DNA of 64,000 nucleotides from NCBI RefSeq assembly GCF_018977255.1, contig NW_024704749.1, forward strand, positions 13,516,001-13,580,000, read 5' to 3'. The DNA comes from Callorhinchus milii. Lineage: Eukaryota. A program made the position numbers and the translations under genes. Below are positions 12,799 through 26,584 of the stretch, piece after piece (position 1 is the first letter of the stretch; each line of letters begins with the position of its first letter). A model generated the notes under the pieces. The model saw nothing but the letters and a program-made list of their open reading frames with translations. It made no database searches and was not told where the DNA came from.

Positions 12799-15700
12799 AT
12801 GGACATGGGACTGTCACTTCTTGCTGTCTTAACCTTCACCTGGATTTATTCTCACCGGACTCTGGGGATGACAAAGGAAGAAAAGGGAAAATACAGGTAG
12901 GATTTTGCTAACTCTCTCCCCACCCCCCACCCCCTCACCCCCAATTCTGGTGTTGGGTGGATGGGCCTGCTGCAAAGCTCCATTGCAAGTGCTGTCTGTA
13001 CCTGACAACTGTGTAGGTGTGTTCGTAAACTCTGGGACACTCTCCCTCTAACCCTCTGTCTTGCCCCCTCCTTCCCCATTTTCAGATCGCACCTGAAGAC
13101 CTTCCTCTTAGACCTTGCCTACAGTTACCACCCCCCCGCGGCTCAGTGTCCTGCTCCATCACTCCATCACTGTCAAGGCCCCCGGGGCACAATCCTGTAT
13201 GAGGGGCGCCATATAAATGTTGTTGTTGTCATGTGCAGTCAGCGTTAATTCCAGGATACATTACTCCCCCTCTCCCTCCTTCCAACTGGGCTTTAGTTTC
13301 TGACTCACACTATATCCTGGCAAGTGCTGTGAGACACATCAATGTATTGTTATTACACCGGAATCTCTAATTCAGAACAACAAATTACATTTGTAAAACT
13401 TCTTTCACAGGCTCACGACCCAAGGCGCTGGACAGCCAGGGATCGAGCTCATGTCATTTTAATATCTTACCATTGGAGAATGTTTCTCTTATAGTAGAAC
13501 TGCACTCCTTCCCCTCCCTCCCCCTCTCCAAGAAATGGTGACCATTTTTACAGTTTTGTGGGTATACGCACTGCGAGGATCACAAATCTCCCATTTCTGC
13601 TTTTACAGGGACCAGATTCTTGAAATGTTTGACCACGCCTATGGCAGCTACATGGTAAGCTGGTGTTTCTCTTCCATTTGCTTTGGGTCCAAGTGTTTTG
13701 TAATAATTGCCTCCGTCCGTTCACAAGTCACATTGTTGAGACATCGTTCAAATAGCGAGGAGCAAAGATCTAAATACCTGCCCGCACTAATCTGGGATTA
13801 GATGATTTATTTCCTTTATAAAACACTGGACTCTTGCCAACCCGCACCTTATGCTTTCTGAGATGTGGTAAACCGAATGTTTTCCTCCAGAGAGCGCGAG
13901 CGAGCGAGCGCGCATTCCATTCCGACAATCTATCCCTGGAATTTCCCATCCGATGCAGTTGGGAGGCACGGGATCTCAGTTGGGTTTGGAGACCCTGGAC
14001 GGAGGATGGCGATGGAGATGGGTTTCCGCTTGTGTCAGACACGGGGCTGGGCAAAACATGTTTGCTCTTGATAAACGTGGGCGTGACTGTGGTTCACTGC
14101 TAATGATTTGACTCCTGTATATGTCTGCACCCCCTCCCCCCCCCTCTCTCTCTCTCTCTCTCTTTCTCTCTCCCCCCCACCCCTGTTAGAAACACGCGTA
14201 CCCGGCAGACGAACTGATGCCGCTCAGCTGTCGCGGGCGAGTACGCGGGATGGAGCCGAGCCGCGGGGACATCGACGACACTCTGGGAAGGTAGGAGCCC
14301 GAGCGCCTCACGGTCTCCAGTCGCCCGCACGGAAATGTGGCAGGAATGAATTTTGTTTGGGGAAACCAGCTGCATGGCGAGTATGTTCCTCTCTGCACTG
14401 GGCCCCGTGTTTACACTGCAGTCGCCTCTGGCTTAGTAAACCTTTCACATGAGGCCCTCGTTTTGTGTTGGATTTTTTTTAAGTGCCAAAAAAGATCCTG
14501 TTTTTTACTGTGCGTGTTCTTCCCATGTGAAAGGCGCTTTATACGTGTAATTATGTTGTTGTTTTTGCTTTTGGTCCAAATCCTTGACTGTCCAGCGCCT
14601 TGGGATGTCCTCCTGACATGAAAGGCGCTATGTATTGTTAGTGGTGGTGGGTTCTGCTCTCAATGATTTTTAAAATAAGCAAGTGTAGTAACTGTGCATT
14701 TGTAGAGCAAGAGAGAGAGCCTAAACTCAAATGATGTCCTACTTTGAGACTGAGATAGGTCGATGTGTGTGTGGGAGGGGAAGCTATTTATCAACACTGG
14801 TACTATACTGCTTATCAGAAAATAAATGTGGCAACGGAAAGTTCGCTAGCACAATGGACCTTAAGCCGTTTAAGTATTAACTTGTATTCTTTGATGTGGC
14901 TGTCTCCATTTGGAAAAAAAAACTTGGCAGAACAATGTGTTTTTATTCTGTAGTGCAGGTCCATTTTATTTCCCCCAAAAAAACCTCTTGGCCTTATTTT
15001 TTGCAAAACCTCTTCAAACGTCAAATCTGAGGTGGAACTCCTCTGACTTGAAGTGTCTCCCGGTGGCTGCAGCAGCAGCTTGCAGTCAAACTATTTTTGT
15101 AGCGTTCTTTTTNATTAAAAAAAATTGTGTTTTCCCCAAATGAGATGTCGAAGATTTGTACGAAGAGGTCAGCTTGGCTCAGTGGTAGCACTCGCACCTT
15201 TTTTTTTTAATGACAATAATGATCCTTGCATTTTGATACAGCGCCTTATCATGTTGTTGAGATGTCTCAAAGCGCTTCACAGTTTATACTGTAAAGTGGA
15301 TTGACTGTATTTTGTGGGTGAAACGCGCCAACCAATTGAGCACAGCAGCGTCCCACAACCAGTCTTGGATTGAATGATTAATTAATTAAATAATTTTCTT
15401 GCTGATTTGTAACTTATTTTTAAATATCCCTCTCCCCCCCCCCACCCCCCACACGGTTCTGTTTTCTTTTCAGGTTTTCACTCACTCTCGTCGACACACT
15501 GGATACTCTTGTTGTAAGTACGATAACTTGTCGTGGGGTGGGGACAGGGTGAGGGGAGTTGAAGCCAACAGTTTCCTCTTGTTGGAAAACCTCCTAATTG
15601 TTCAGAGTTTGAAGATGACGGGTGGGCTGAATAGCTCTGACTCATCGCACGTGTACTAACAGTATTTTTCTTTGGGTGAGATCTGTCATGCCTTGCCACA

Positions 15701-18700
15701 CTTGTCAATACCTCGCAGGCCAGTAGCTCAGCTGAGTAAAGTCAGAGGTTATTGAGTAAAGTCAGAGGTTAAGTTCAGGGTCAGTCGATCGGAACAAACC
15801 TCGTTCAACTGTGCGGTTTTGGACGTTTTATGAAACTCTTTCCCAGAACAAGGTGACACTCTCCCTTTCGCTTTATTTCACGCACGTGCTTTTCTGAATG
15901 GGAACCGAGCAGCTCTGAGACGATGAGAATTCCCGCTGTGTTTCTGGCCACTAAACATTTTTGCTTCAGTTAGTGGCCACTGTTTAAATAATAATAATAA
16001 ATAATAATAATCCTTGCATTTGATATAGCGCCTTATTGCGTCGTTGAGATGTCTCAAAGCGCTTCACTATAATAAGATTGTATACTATACTGTAAACAGA
16101 ATATATTGGTAAGAAGATTGACTGTGTGTTTGTGGGAATTATTTTGATGTATTGTATTTTTGATTGGTTTTCTAGGTGCTGAACAAACTGGACGAGTTTG
16201 ACGCCGCGGTGCGCAAAGTCATTCTGAACGTCCGGTTGGACAATGATATCGTGGTGTCCGTGTTCGAGACGAACATCCGTGTGTTGGGGTCAGTTGAAAC
16301 GCAGTGCAGCCGCAGTTCTCTTCTGGAATTCTGGGGTGTTTTGTTGCAAGTCGTTGACTTGGCCTCGTTTGGTTGGCAGTCAATCCGCTTGGCCTCCAGC
16401 TTTCTGTAGTAATCTTGACGGCCCAATGCCTTGCACAGTGGAGCACCAGCGCCAAGACATGTGCAACGGCTCCCGCTGATGGTGGGTTTCTGGCCACAAC
16501 AATTCTCGAGAGTATTATTTTTAATAATAATTCACAGGATATGCTGTAAACTGTAGTGACTGTGTACTTTCTGGGGAATACACAGAAGCCGATCGCGCAT
16601 AGCATTGTCCCACAAACAGCCGTGGAGTGAGCGACCAATTTTGTTTTGATGCTTTCAGTCATCTTTGCCTTTATCCCCACCCCCACCTCGTTCACCCCCC
16701 CCCCCCGCCACCCCCATCCTCTGTCTACAGCGGGTTGCTGGGAGGTCATGTGATGGCAACCATGTTGAAAAGCCATGGCAAGAGGATGGCTTGGTATAAG
16801 AATGAACTGCTCTACATGGCCCGAGAAGTGGGCTACAGACTCCTGCCGGCCTTTAACACGACAAGCGGACTACCGTACCCCAGGGTAAGTACAGACCACA
16901 ACCTCGCTCAGACGCCTCTCTCTCTCTCTCTATGAAAGGGTGGTGGAGGCCGATTCGATAACTACTTTTAAAAACGCGGTGGACGGGTATTTGAGGAGGA
17001 CGGGTCTGCAGGGTTATGGGGAAAGGGCTGGGGAGTGGGATTGACATTACATTGCTCTTCTCAAAGAGCCGGCACAGACTCGATGGGCCGAATGGCCTCT
17101 TTTTGTGCTGTACGATTCTGTGATTCTCTCTCAATGTGAGACGTTTTATCAACCTGGATATTAATAAAGAATGGCTGAGATCGATAGCGAGTTGCCCCAC
17201 CATTTGCGGGCGAGCTTTCAGCCCATTCTCTGTCTCCGAGTCCCCGTGTCGGCTATCTTTATTGCTTGTTTCCCTCTCTTTTGTTTGCCAAGGTAAACCT
17301 GAAGCATGGGGTCTTGAGCCCCCTGTCCCGAACAGGCACCGAATCAGACACCTGCACGGCTTGTGCGGGGACTATGATCCTAGAGTTCGCTGCTCTGAGT
17401 CGGCTCACGGGGGAATCTGTTTTCGAGGTACCTGAAACGTTAATTCATCCGCTCGCTGTTGTTCCTCCAAGGCTTATTTTGTGCGTTAAGCTGGCATTGG
17501 GTTGCTTCACGTTGCCTGCCTTCCCCACCCCACCCTCTCTGCCCCCACCCTTTGGCAATCCATCCCAGAGTCCCTCCAACTGGCCACCTTCCCTCCACCT
17601 CTATCAACGTCTGTCTCGAGACCTTCCCCTTTGACCACGCCTTTGATTGTCTTTACCCCCCCTCGACCCTTCCACCACCCACCCCACTTGGCTCCCATCT
17701 GCAGCCCGGGTGTTGCACTGCATTTCCTAGGGACAGGAGTCAGCCACTCAGCCCACAATTCTGTTCCACCCTTCTATTAGATCACGGCTGATCTGTACCT
17801 CGACTCCATTTACCTGCTTTTTCTCCATATCCCTCGATACCCTGTCCTGACAAATATCCATCGATTTCAAAATTCCAATTGACTGAGCAATCCGCAGCTT
17901 TATTTCGGGGTGTGGGGGGGGTGTGGAGGAGGGAATTCCAGATTTCCACAAGACTTTGTGTGGCAGTTCTTGTTTCACAATAACTTAGTATTTCACTTCC
18001 CTCCCCATCCTTCCTCTCTTGGAAGGAACACGCGCGCAGAGCCCTGGACTACCTGTGGGAGAAGAGACAAAGAGGCAGTGATCTGGTGGGCACGGTCATC
18101 AATATCCACAACGGCGACTGGATCAGGCGAGGTCAGCAAACTTCACCCTGTGATGTTCTGTGTGGAGAAAATCCCAACTGGCTATACTGTTCCCCTATGA
18201 ATAACAATTGGTCACTCAACCCACGACTGATTGTGAGACGCTGCTGTGCGCAATTGACTGCCGTGTTTCGCCCACAAAATACACAGTTAATCCAACTTCT
18301 GTTGTTCAGTTGAGAGCTTCTGCTATGGACTTGGTGTTGCTAACAATCTCCATTTTATTATCTCAGACAGTGGAGTGGGTGCTGGCATAGACTCCTACTA
18401 TGAGTATTTGTTGAAGGCCTATATCCTGCTGGGAGATGATGTGTATTTGGAAAGGTTTAATACAGTAAGTGAGGTTTTCTTCTTTTCTGAAGGTTAACTC
18501 TGCTCAGTGGGGCTTCTGAGATAAGGAGAAGGAACTGTGTCACTAAGGTGTGATGAGCACTGAGCCAGAATGGTGAGCTCTGACACATGCAGAAACCCAC
18601 CACCATTGCTTAAGAGTCTCCAAACCAAACTGAGTATTCCCCCCATCCCATCTATACATGGGAATCGCAGAGGTAGATTGTTGGAATGGAAGGTGCACTC

Positions 18701-21700
18701 TCTCTCCCTGGAGGTATGCATCCTGTTTACCTAATTCCGGAAAGTATTAGGCGTAGGTTGTCAAGAGTCAAGGCTTGGGGGAGCCAAGAGTGTGCATTTG
18801 GAGTATTGTTTCAATATGATTGGATGTGACTCACTTTGATTTTAATTGTCGTTCCAATTATTCTAGATTTGGTCAGTTATGAGGCCCGCACAGTGAATGG
18901 TGGGTTGGAAGGAAGGGACCATTAAAAAACACTTCAAAGTCCTAACACATCTTTCCCTGACCCGGTTCTCATCCCCCTCGGAGCCTGACTGTAAAATGCA
19001 ATAACTGTTTCAACATCTCCCCTGTTCTTCTGGCCCAGCATTACAGAGCCATAATGAAGTACATCAGTCAACCACCTCTCCTCCTCGACGTTCACATGCA
19101 CAACCCGACAGTTACGGTCAGGAAGTGGATGGATTCTCTCTTGGCCTTTTTCCCCGGCCTGCAGGTACGCCACCTTCGTTTCTTGCTGCGTGCAAATCGG
19201 ACGTCGCAATCCTCTGTAACAAATGCAACGCTTTGCACCAAATCCCGTGAAGCCCTCCTCGAGACGGTTCGATGACGTGATAAGGCTCCCCGTCAATTGC
19301 AAGGATTATTTTATTATAATAATAATCCTTGCATTTGATATAGCACTTTTCACGTCTTCTAGACGTCCCAAAGCGCTTATGATCATTAATGTAGAACACT
19401 TGCACCTATTCCTTCTGCTGGGGGATGAGGTATACTTAATAGAAACCTGTTACTTTTTGTTTCCAGGTGTTAAAAGGCGACTTGCGGCCGGCGATAGAAA
19501 CCCACGAGATGTTATATCAGGTCACTCAGAGACACAAGTTTCTGCCTGAGGTAAGGAAATAAGCAAATGTTAAGCAGGTGAAATCCTTCTCGAGTTCAAA
19601 CTCCAGGCAGCTCAAAGCCTCCTTTAACACTATCCATCATTTCAAAGGTTTTTTGGCGATTTCATTCCGCCAAAGCGTTGCTGGCGTGTGACGCGCTTAG
19701 TGTTCTCGCTCATGTCACGGTAAATCAATTGGCTGGTGCTGGCGGGTGCCTGGAACACACCGATCATCTGCCGCGGTGCTGCATTGATAATGGAATGGGG
19801 TCGAGTTCAATGGCAATTTACTGTTTTCAGCGACTTTTGTGATCAGGTTTATCTTGTTCCAAAGACAGCAGTTCTGCAGTGAGAGAGATATGTTCAGTGA
19901 TGTTGAACTGGCCAGTCTGCTGCGTGTGTTCTATGTATAAATGCTGCATTGAGGTTCCCACCTGTTCGTGTTGAGGACAGTGATTTTGTCACCTCACTCC
20001 TCACCTCACCGCTGCTTTTTTCAGGAGAGTGTATTCACAGCGGAGGAACGGAGGCAGAACCTTTGGTGTGAATACTGTAGTAATGTAACTTTTTAATTGA
20101 TTCGATGTAACTTCTGAATGCCGTCTCTTTCGAACAGAATACAGATTATAATTTCCTTTTATTTTTTTCATTTATATATATAAAAGGCTTTCACCACTGA
20201 TTTTGCGGTTCACTGGGCTCAGCATCCTTTGAGACCAGAGTTCATCGAAAGCACTTATTTCCTTTACAAGGTTAGTGCGTTTCACTGTTACAATATTATA
20301 TTATTATACTATCATAATAATTTGGTCACTCAATCCACGACTGTTTGTGGGACGTTGCTGTGCGCAATTGGCTGCCGCGTTTTGCCCACAAAATATACAG
20401 TCAATACACTTTACACTGTATTACTTGCAGTGCTTTGAGACAGTGATAAGGCGCTGTATCAAATGCAAGTAATATTTATTATAATAAATGTTAATGTAAG
20501 AAACACTATTGTGGGGCAGCTATGCTTTATGTGTGTATATAGACAGAGGTGTAAGTGTGTGTGTGTGTGTGTGTCTGTGTGTGTGTAACATGTTTCACAC
20601 AGGTGGCTGAGCACCTAAGCTGAGGGAGGAGGGATAGAAGATGACTGAAAATGTACTCAAAAAGATAAGGTGTGTTTGTGTGTCGGGGGGACAGGCGTAG
20701 ACAGGTTGGAAGCTTGCCCGCTGATGGTGACCGGATAGATAGGGGAACAATAAAGCAGGCTGGTATTGGGTTAGTTTCACCATTGCTCCCTGACAAGCAG
20801 ATGGGATTCTTTTCATTGCAACAAAGAAATGGCCCTTTCTTGGGCAGACTTTGCTTTTCATTCAGAGAGGAACCTGCAGTCTAAGCTGCTGAGCTGGCCT
20901 TCCTATCGCTTTATCTAATGGGCCAATTGTGCTGCTTTAGATGGTATCTGAGATAGCTATGCTCGTTCCAAACCATCTCATGTTACATTGCCTTTGCAAC
21001 AACATGTGTGTAGTGTAGCTCAGGTACTGACTGACTCACTTGTTATTGCCAAAGGCTACCAAAGATCCCTATTACCTGCGCGTTGGCAAGTCGGTGGTGG
21101 ACGGTTTGAACCAGTATGCCCGGGTGCCTTGTGGCTTTGCTGCCGTCCGAGATGTCCGAACCGGTCACCACGAGGACAGGTAAGGAACAGATGGAGACTC
21201 ACTATTCTCAGCCCATTAACCATCAGCTCGGGGCGGTGCCAGCCAGGGCAGCCTGACCCAGTGCAGAGCTGCTTTAAGGCCAGGTTTGCTTCAAATCTCT
21301 TAAGCATATTTTGTAGATAATTCATAAACTGGGTTCAGGATGACGCAGACCCTTTGGTCCACTTGATCTCATCCTTTCAGTAATTCCAGCTTTATGGAGT
21401 CCCGTAGCATAATGGGTAGCGTGCTCACCTCGCAAGCGAGAGGACCCAGGTTCGATTCCCGAGTGTGGCAAAACCTTAGGCAAGTTTTCTTACTCCACGC
21501 GCCTTTTGTGGGGGAAAAAAAATTTAATCCACGATTGTTGGACACTGCTCTGTGCAATTGGCTACCTCCTCTGGCCCACAAAATACACAGTCACTACACT
21601 TTACAAATATATTTTATGAACCACATTATTATTATTAAAACGCAGTGATTGTTTCTGTGCTCGGTTGTTAAGCTGTGATGTTGTTGTTATTTCTCTCCAG

Positions 21701-24700
21701 GATGGATTCCTTCTTTCTTGCTGAGATGTTTAAGTATCTCTATCTCCTCTTTGCTGAAAAGAACGAGCTGCCCTTTAACATTGACGACTATGTCTTCACC
21801 ACAGAAGCTCACCTCCTGCCTCTCACATTAGCCACGATCTGTCGCTCATGTAACACAAACACTACGGTAAGTTTTTACACAACTTTTTTTCCACAGAATC
21901 ATTCCGATATTGGTGGTAAATTTGTTGCTTGGCAAATGTTTGGTGAGTGGATGGGCGAGCTTTCAGCTCCTCTCTAGTAGTTAAAAGTTCTCTCGCTACA
22001 CTAAAATTACCTGATTCTGTTTCCCCCTTTCTTTCCTCCTCTTTCCCGCTCCTCCCTCTTCCCCCTATCACCCCCCACCCTCAGAGCACGGATTTGGAAA
22101 GCCAGGAAGAGGGCACCCTATCTCACACGTGCCCGAGTGTTCAAACCATGTTTCCTAATAACCCTTCCTACGCACAAGCCATCAGGGACACCTATAGAGA
22201 TATGGTGGCTGACGCTGGCCCCCGAACATCTTCTATCAGGTATTTTGTACAATAATATAACAGAATCATAGACATTTACAGCACAGAAGGGAAGCTCAGT
22301 GATTCGTGGTATTGGTGGTAAATGCATTGCTTGGCAAATATTTAGTGGGTGGGTGAGCTTTCAGCTGTTCTGCCCCTCCCACACGAGCACCGGAACTCCC
22401 TCCTGGAGCCTCCCTCCCTCCTGGAGCCTCCCTCCCTCCTGGAGCCTCCCTCCCTCCTGGAGCTTCCCTCCCTCCTGGAGCCTCCCTCCCTCTATCCCCA
22501 CTTTTAAAGCCTGTCATACGACTTGCCGGTAGTTTTGGGTTATCATTATTCTTTCCCACCCACCCATCTCCCGCCAGCCTCGTGAAGCACTTTGAGTCAT
22601 CCTCCTGACATGAATAAGAGCTGAATAAATACAGGTTATGCTGCATTGTATTTCTGTTTGTAAAAGGTGTAATTAATGATAAGCTTTTCTATAAGTAAGT
22701 AAACTTTTGCACAAAGCACAGACACACACAATCTCCTCAGGCGCTTACACATTGTGCTTAATGCCTCCCTCCCCCCTCCCCTAATGTCCATCTTGTAAAG
22801 TGACATGTTTGTGTGTGGTGTTTGTGTATTACAGGGAGGAGTGCATGGAACCCACCCAGACTCCCGTCCTTGCTTCCCTTCAAACCAAGGACTTTGTTCC
22901 CAGCAGTACAGAACATGGGGATCTCCTGAAACAGATGGGGTTCACCTTAACATTGGGGGGCGATGGCAGCCTGCATTTAACCCACGTCCCTGACGAGGTG
23001 AGTGGCTGAGATGCGGCTGGGCAGCAGAGGAGGAATGGGGTCAGCCAGTCTGTCTTGCACAGGGTGGTCACAAAGTCCTGTTACTCCCTGCACTGTGTGC
23101 ACTGACCAACAACTGAGACGTGGAAGAATGATACTAATCATATTCAGTACAAGTGTTTAACTGTATTTATGGACTGTCCAGAGGATCGGTGTATGTGTGC
23201 ATGTGTGTGCGTGTGAGAGTGTGTGTGTGCATGTGTGTGAGTGTGTGTGTTTGTGAATGCGTGTGTGTGTTTGTGAGTGCGTGTGTGTGTGAATGTATGT
23301 GAGCGCCATCCTTTTCATGGCAGCACGGCCTGAACAGGTGGTGGAAGCAGATTCAATAATAACTTTGAAAAGGGAATTGGATAGATACTTGGAAAGAAAA
23401 AGATTGGCAAGGCTCTTGGGGAAAGCATGGGGGAGAGGGAACGGTTGGTAACTCTTTCACAGAGCTGGCACAGGCTCGATGGGCCTCCTTCTGTGCTGCA
23501 GGATTATATGATTCTATACCTTATCCCCTTAAACCCACATGAAGTCCTGAGCAATGGCCTCACTTGACGTGGTCAGGGTTTAGCCAAGTAGCAGCACTTA
23601 GAAGAAATCCACACCCAACTGCCTTTTCTCTCTCTGTTGGCTCACCCATGTCAGTGTGTCTTTCTCAGGCTTCGAACCCCCGAAGTGCTCAGCACAGCCT
23701 CAAGTTCATTGCGGAAATCATCGAGCTCGCCAAGACTCAGGGCAAGGAAGAGGCAGCCTCGCTGGCTGTGCAGATCGTGTCTCCCCCGTTTCTGGGGAGG
23801 GTGGTGCTGGCTGCTGGCCCGGCTCACTTTGGAATGGATCTTACCAAACAGGAACATGGGGTGAGCCACCAGATTTCGCAGCAGAAACGCAAACTGTTGT
23901 CTGTGTCTGTCTGTACAGGTTGCGGCCACGGTTGGGGATGTTGTGGATGGGGGGAGATGAACGGTGCTAGCCGTTGGGAGGGGTCCGAGACTGGATATAA
24001 TTAATGGTATCACTTGGAGTCTCTCCACTTGTCTAGATGTGTAAGACTAAACCTTTGGGTACAGGATCTGCCCTGGTGCCCCATCCTAACATATTCCACC
24101 ATTCCTGCCTTGTCGCCTAGTTGACTTGTATCTTCTTTGCAGGTGAAGGGGAGCCTGGCTAAAGCTGTTCCATTCAATGCCTGCCTGGACATAGCCAACC
24201 CAGCTGACATCAGGGGGAGAATTGTGCTGGCCCAGCGTGGGGACTGCATGTTCGCGGTCAAAGCCAGGAATTTACAGAAGGCTGGAGTGACCGGCGCTAT
24301 CATTATTGGTGGGTGTCTGTCACCGTGTGATGCAGAGAGAGAGGATGTGGCCACTGTAAGCTTGCATTGCTTGGAATCATAATAGCAGTTTAATGTATGG
24401 CGACTGTGAATACTGAAACGTCTCTGAGCGCTTCCCAGGGAATCGCTGTTAATTGCATCCCAAAGTTAATAACAACAACGACAACAAATTACATTTGTAC
24501 AGCAACACACACTGGGACCAACCCAGCATATCTCCGAGAAGGGGATGGGTAAAACCAGACGGGAGGGGTGGGGGTTTGGGGAAATGGATTGACCTGGAGT
24601 TTCATCCTTCCTTTCCAACCCTACAGATAATTTGGAAGAGAGTAGCAGCGATGCCTCCTTGCCTGTGTTTCAGATGGCTGGTGATGGGGAAAACACCAGT

Positions 24701-25628
24701 GAAATCGAAATCCCCCTGGTTTTCCTCTTCACCAAGGAAGGCAATGTCTTGCTCAAAGCTTTGAGGGAGCAGCAGAACGTGGATGTTCTACTGGTGGATA
24801 AATCCAAGCAGCTCGGACAAGGTCTGCAACACTCCATTCCACCAGCGGTTTCCGCTGGTCTCTCATCTCATCTCATCTGGGCTTGTGGTTTATACCGGGT
24901 CCTTCAAGTGGGTTAGCGTCTTGGAGCACTGAACAATGGCGGAGTCTGAAGCTGAGCTGGGGAGAAAAGGGAGGTGAACGTAGGCGCGGTCATAGAGGAA
25001 AGTCTTCAGGTGAAGTCTCAAGCCGGACAAAGACAGAAGAGGGGGAGGGGATTGAGGCACGGAGTTTCCAGAGGGTCGGGGCAAAATAGAGGCTGAAGAG
25101 GTTGGGAGGTGCTAGGCCATGAAGTGATTTGTAGGGGAGTGTGTGGATCTTGAAATCGTTCCATTCTGTCTGTATTGCTTTGAGTGGCTGTCGTTTTGGG
25201 TTTGTCTGTTGGGGTAGGAATATGTTTGGATGTTTGATCTCTCTTGTTCTGTTGGGATGTTGACTCCCATTATTATTTATTATTTTCCCCCTCCCTCTTC
25301 CCCTCCCTCAGAAGGTAAGAAAAAGGAAAGATCGATTGGGGAATTGAAGATCCACATCCATATTGACTCCAGTGAGGAACAAATGGCTCAGATGGAATTG
25401 GACATCAACACGGAGCGCGGTGGAAGCCATGGAGCAGGGCAGTCAGGGGAGGCTTTCCCGGAGGAGACCGTTCCCGGGGGGGAGACTTTCCCGGGGGGAG
25501 GGAGGGATGATGAGGAAGCTAGCAGGACCGATCCCCAGGGGAGTAGCGAGGGAGATCCCGACTCCGTGCCCCTCGATTGGAGGGAAGAGATGGAAGCGTT
25601 TGAGGAATTAAACTTGGACGAACTCTAA
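12799..25628 (+). CDS. EDEM3: EDEM3-like ER degradation-enhancing alpha-mannosidase (GH47 + PA domain), 20 exons, about 887 aa
   Basis: Exons: 12799-12896, 13609-13654, 14190-14290, 15474-15513, 16176-16288, 16731-16884, 17293-17427, 18026-18131, 18367-18464, 19039-19164, 19467-19550, 20187-20270, 21055-21179, 21701-21866, 22085-22239, 22835-22997, 23669-23860, 24143-24308, 24627-24821, 25312-25628 (sum 2664 nt, one open frame). Motifs: signal peptide, [63 protein letters not shown] domain [14 protein letters not shown]-terminal LDEL. May be a paralog rather than the ortholog of EDEM3. Confidence 0.93.
16933..17131 (+). mobile_element. CR1 LINE 3' end
   Basis: ...gagccggcacagactcgatgggccgaatggcct..tgtgctgtacgattctgtgattct, with CR1-type ATTCTRTG terminal repeats. 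Confidence 0.8.
21396..21636 (+). mobile_element. tRNA-derived SINE, diverged and 3'-deleted
   Basis: Head ggagtcccgtagc...ggttcgattccc, then ccttaggcaagtttt and a partial body. Many more fragments occur across the window (for example 15215, 20325, 43580, 48270, 51260). Confidence 0.75.
22395..22490. repeat. 18-bp tandem repeat
   Basis: About 5 copies of ctccctcctggagcctcc in EDEM3-like intron 15. Confidence 0.9.
23328..23517 (+). mobile_element. CR1 LINE 3' end
   Basis: Homologous to 16933-17131; ends attatatgattctat. Confidence 0.75.
24905..25165 (-). mobile_element. L2 LINE 3' fragment, second family
   Basis: Minus strand reads ...GNSVPQS...LHLKTFLYD; related to 13030-13230 (+) and 49755-49880 (-). 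Confidence 0.6.
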
Positions 25629-26406
25629 ATCACTGGCTTCCAAAGACACCTCCTCCTGTCCTTAACCATGCAAAGTGTAGTGACTGTGCAGCTCGCCCTC
25701 AAAACGCACAGTCGCTACTCTTTACAGAATATTCCCGTGAAGCACTTTGAGGACTTTTCCTCCACACATGAAAGGCGCTGTACCAAATAGAAGGATTATT
25801 TTATCATCATTATTGCGTGTGGAGTCAGTTTGCAGGTACTCTGGGAAGCGCAGTCTGCTTCTGTTGATCGCGCATGGATTGATCCATCGTTCTCTGCCAT
25901 CTCTCTGAACAAGAAAATCTAACTTAACTGAAGCGATTCAGGTTGCAAGCTCTGGTTTGGGGAAGAAACTATGTTTTTTTTGCACTGCCTTTGGTGGATG
26001 TAAGCGCTTATTTAAAAAGGAAGCATTGGGTTCTGGAGGTGATGGGTTTCCATATATTTTAAATATAGGAAGATTACATTGTGGTTCGAGTTTAACCAGT
26101 GATAGGAAAGCAATTTGGATGTGGCAAATAGTTTATAGCACACATGCTCTATCCTACGAAGTGCTTTTGAGACGTCCTCCCGGCGTGAAAGCCGCTGCAT
26201 TAAAACACAAGGATCATTACTATTTTTCTGTCTGGAACTATCCTAGAGTCTCTCCGACTCCCCCGTTAAAGCACATCTTAAGATGTTTCTCTTTCAACCG
26301 TGTTTTTGGTCAACTTTGTCAAAGGGAGGGGAGGGGAAAAATAGAGTTGAATGGCTGAAGTATTACGAATTGTTTTTGTATATACAGGTGTATGTGTGTT
26401 TTAATA

Positions 26407-26584
26407 CAGTAAACTCCTGATAACTCAACAGTCCAAGGGAAAGTAGCTCAGTGACTAGTTATCAGGAGCGGTGAGTTAGACATGTGTATTAATACATAAA
26501 TAATTGCCATCCTGATATTGACAGCATGTTGGCTTAAGTGGTAGTGACACGTTAAGCCAGGGTCGAGTTATCAGACGTTTATTG
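26407..26584. mobile_element. Tc1/mariner (Tigger/pogo-type) MITE
   Basis: Imperfect terminal inverted repeats cagtaaactcctgataactc / gagttatcagacgtttattg, flanked by TA on both sides. Confidence 0.7.

Noticed and set aside
22395-22490. CRISPR-like array
   Set aside because: Contiguous tandem units without spacers, in a eukaryotic intron.
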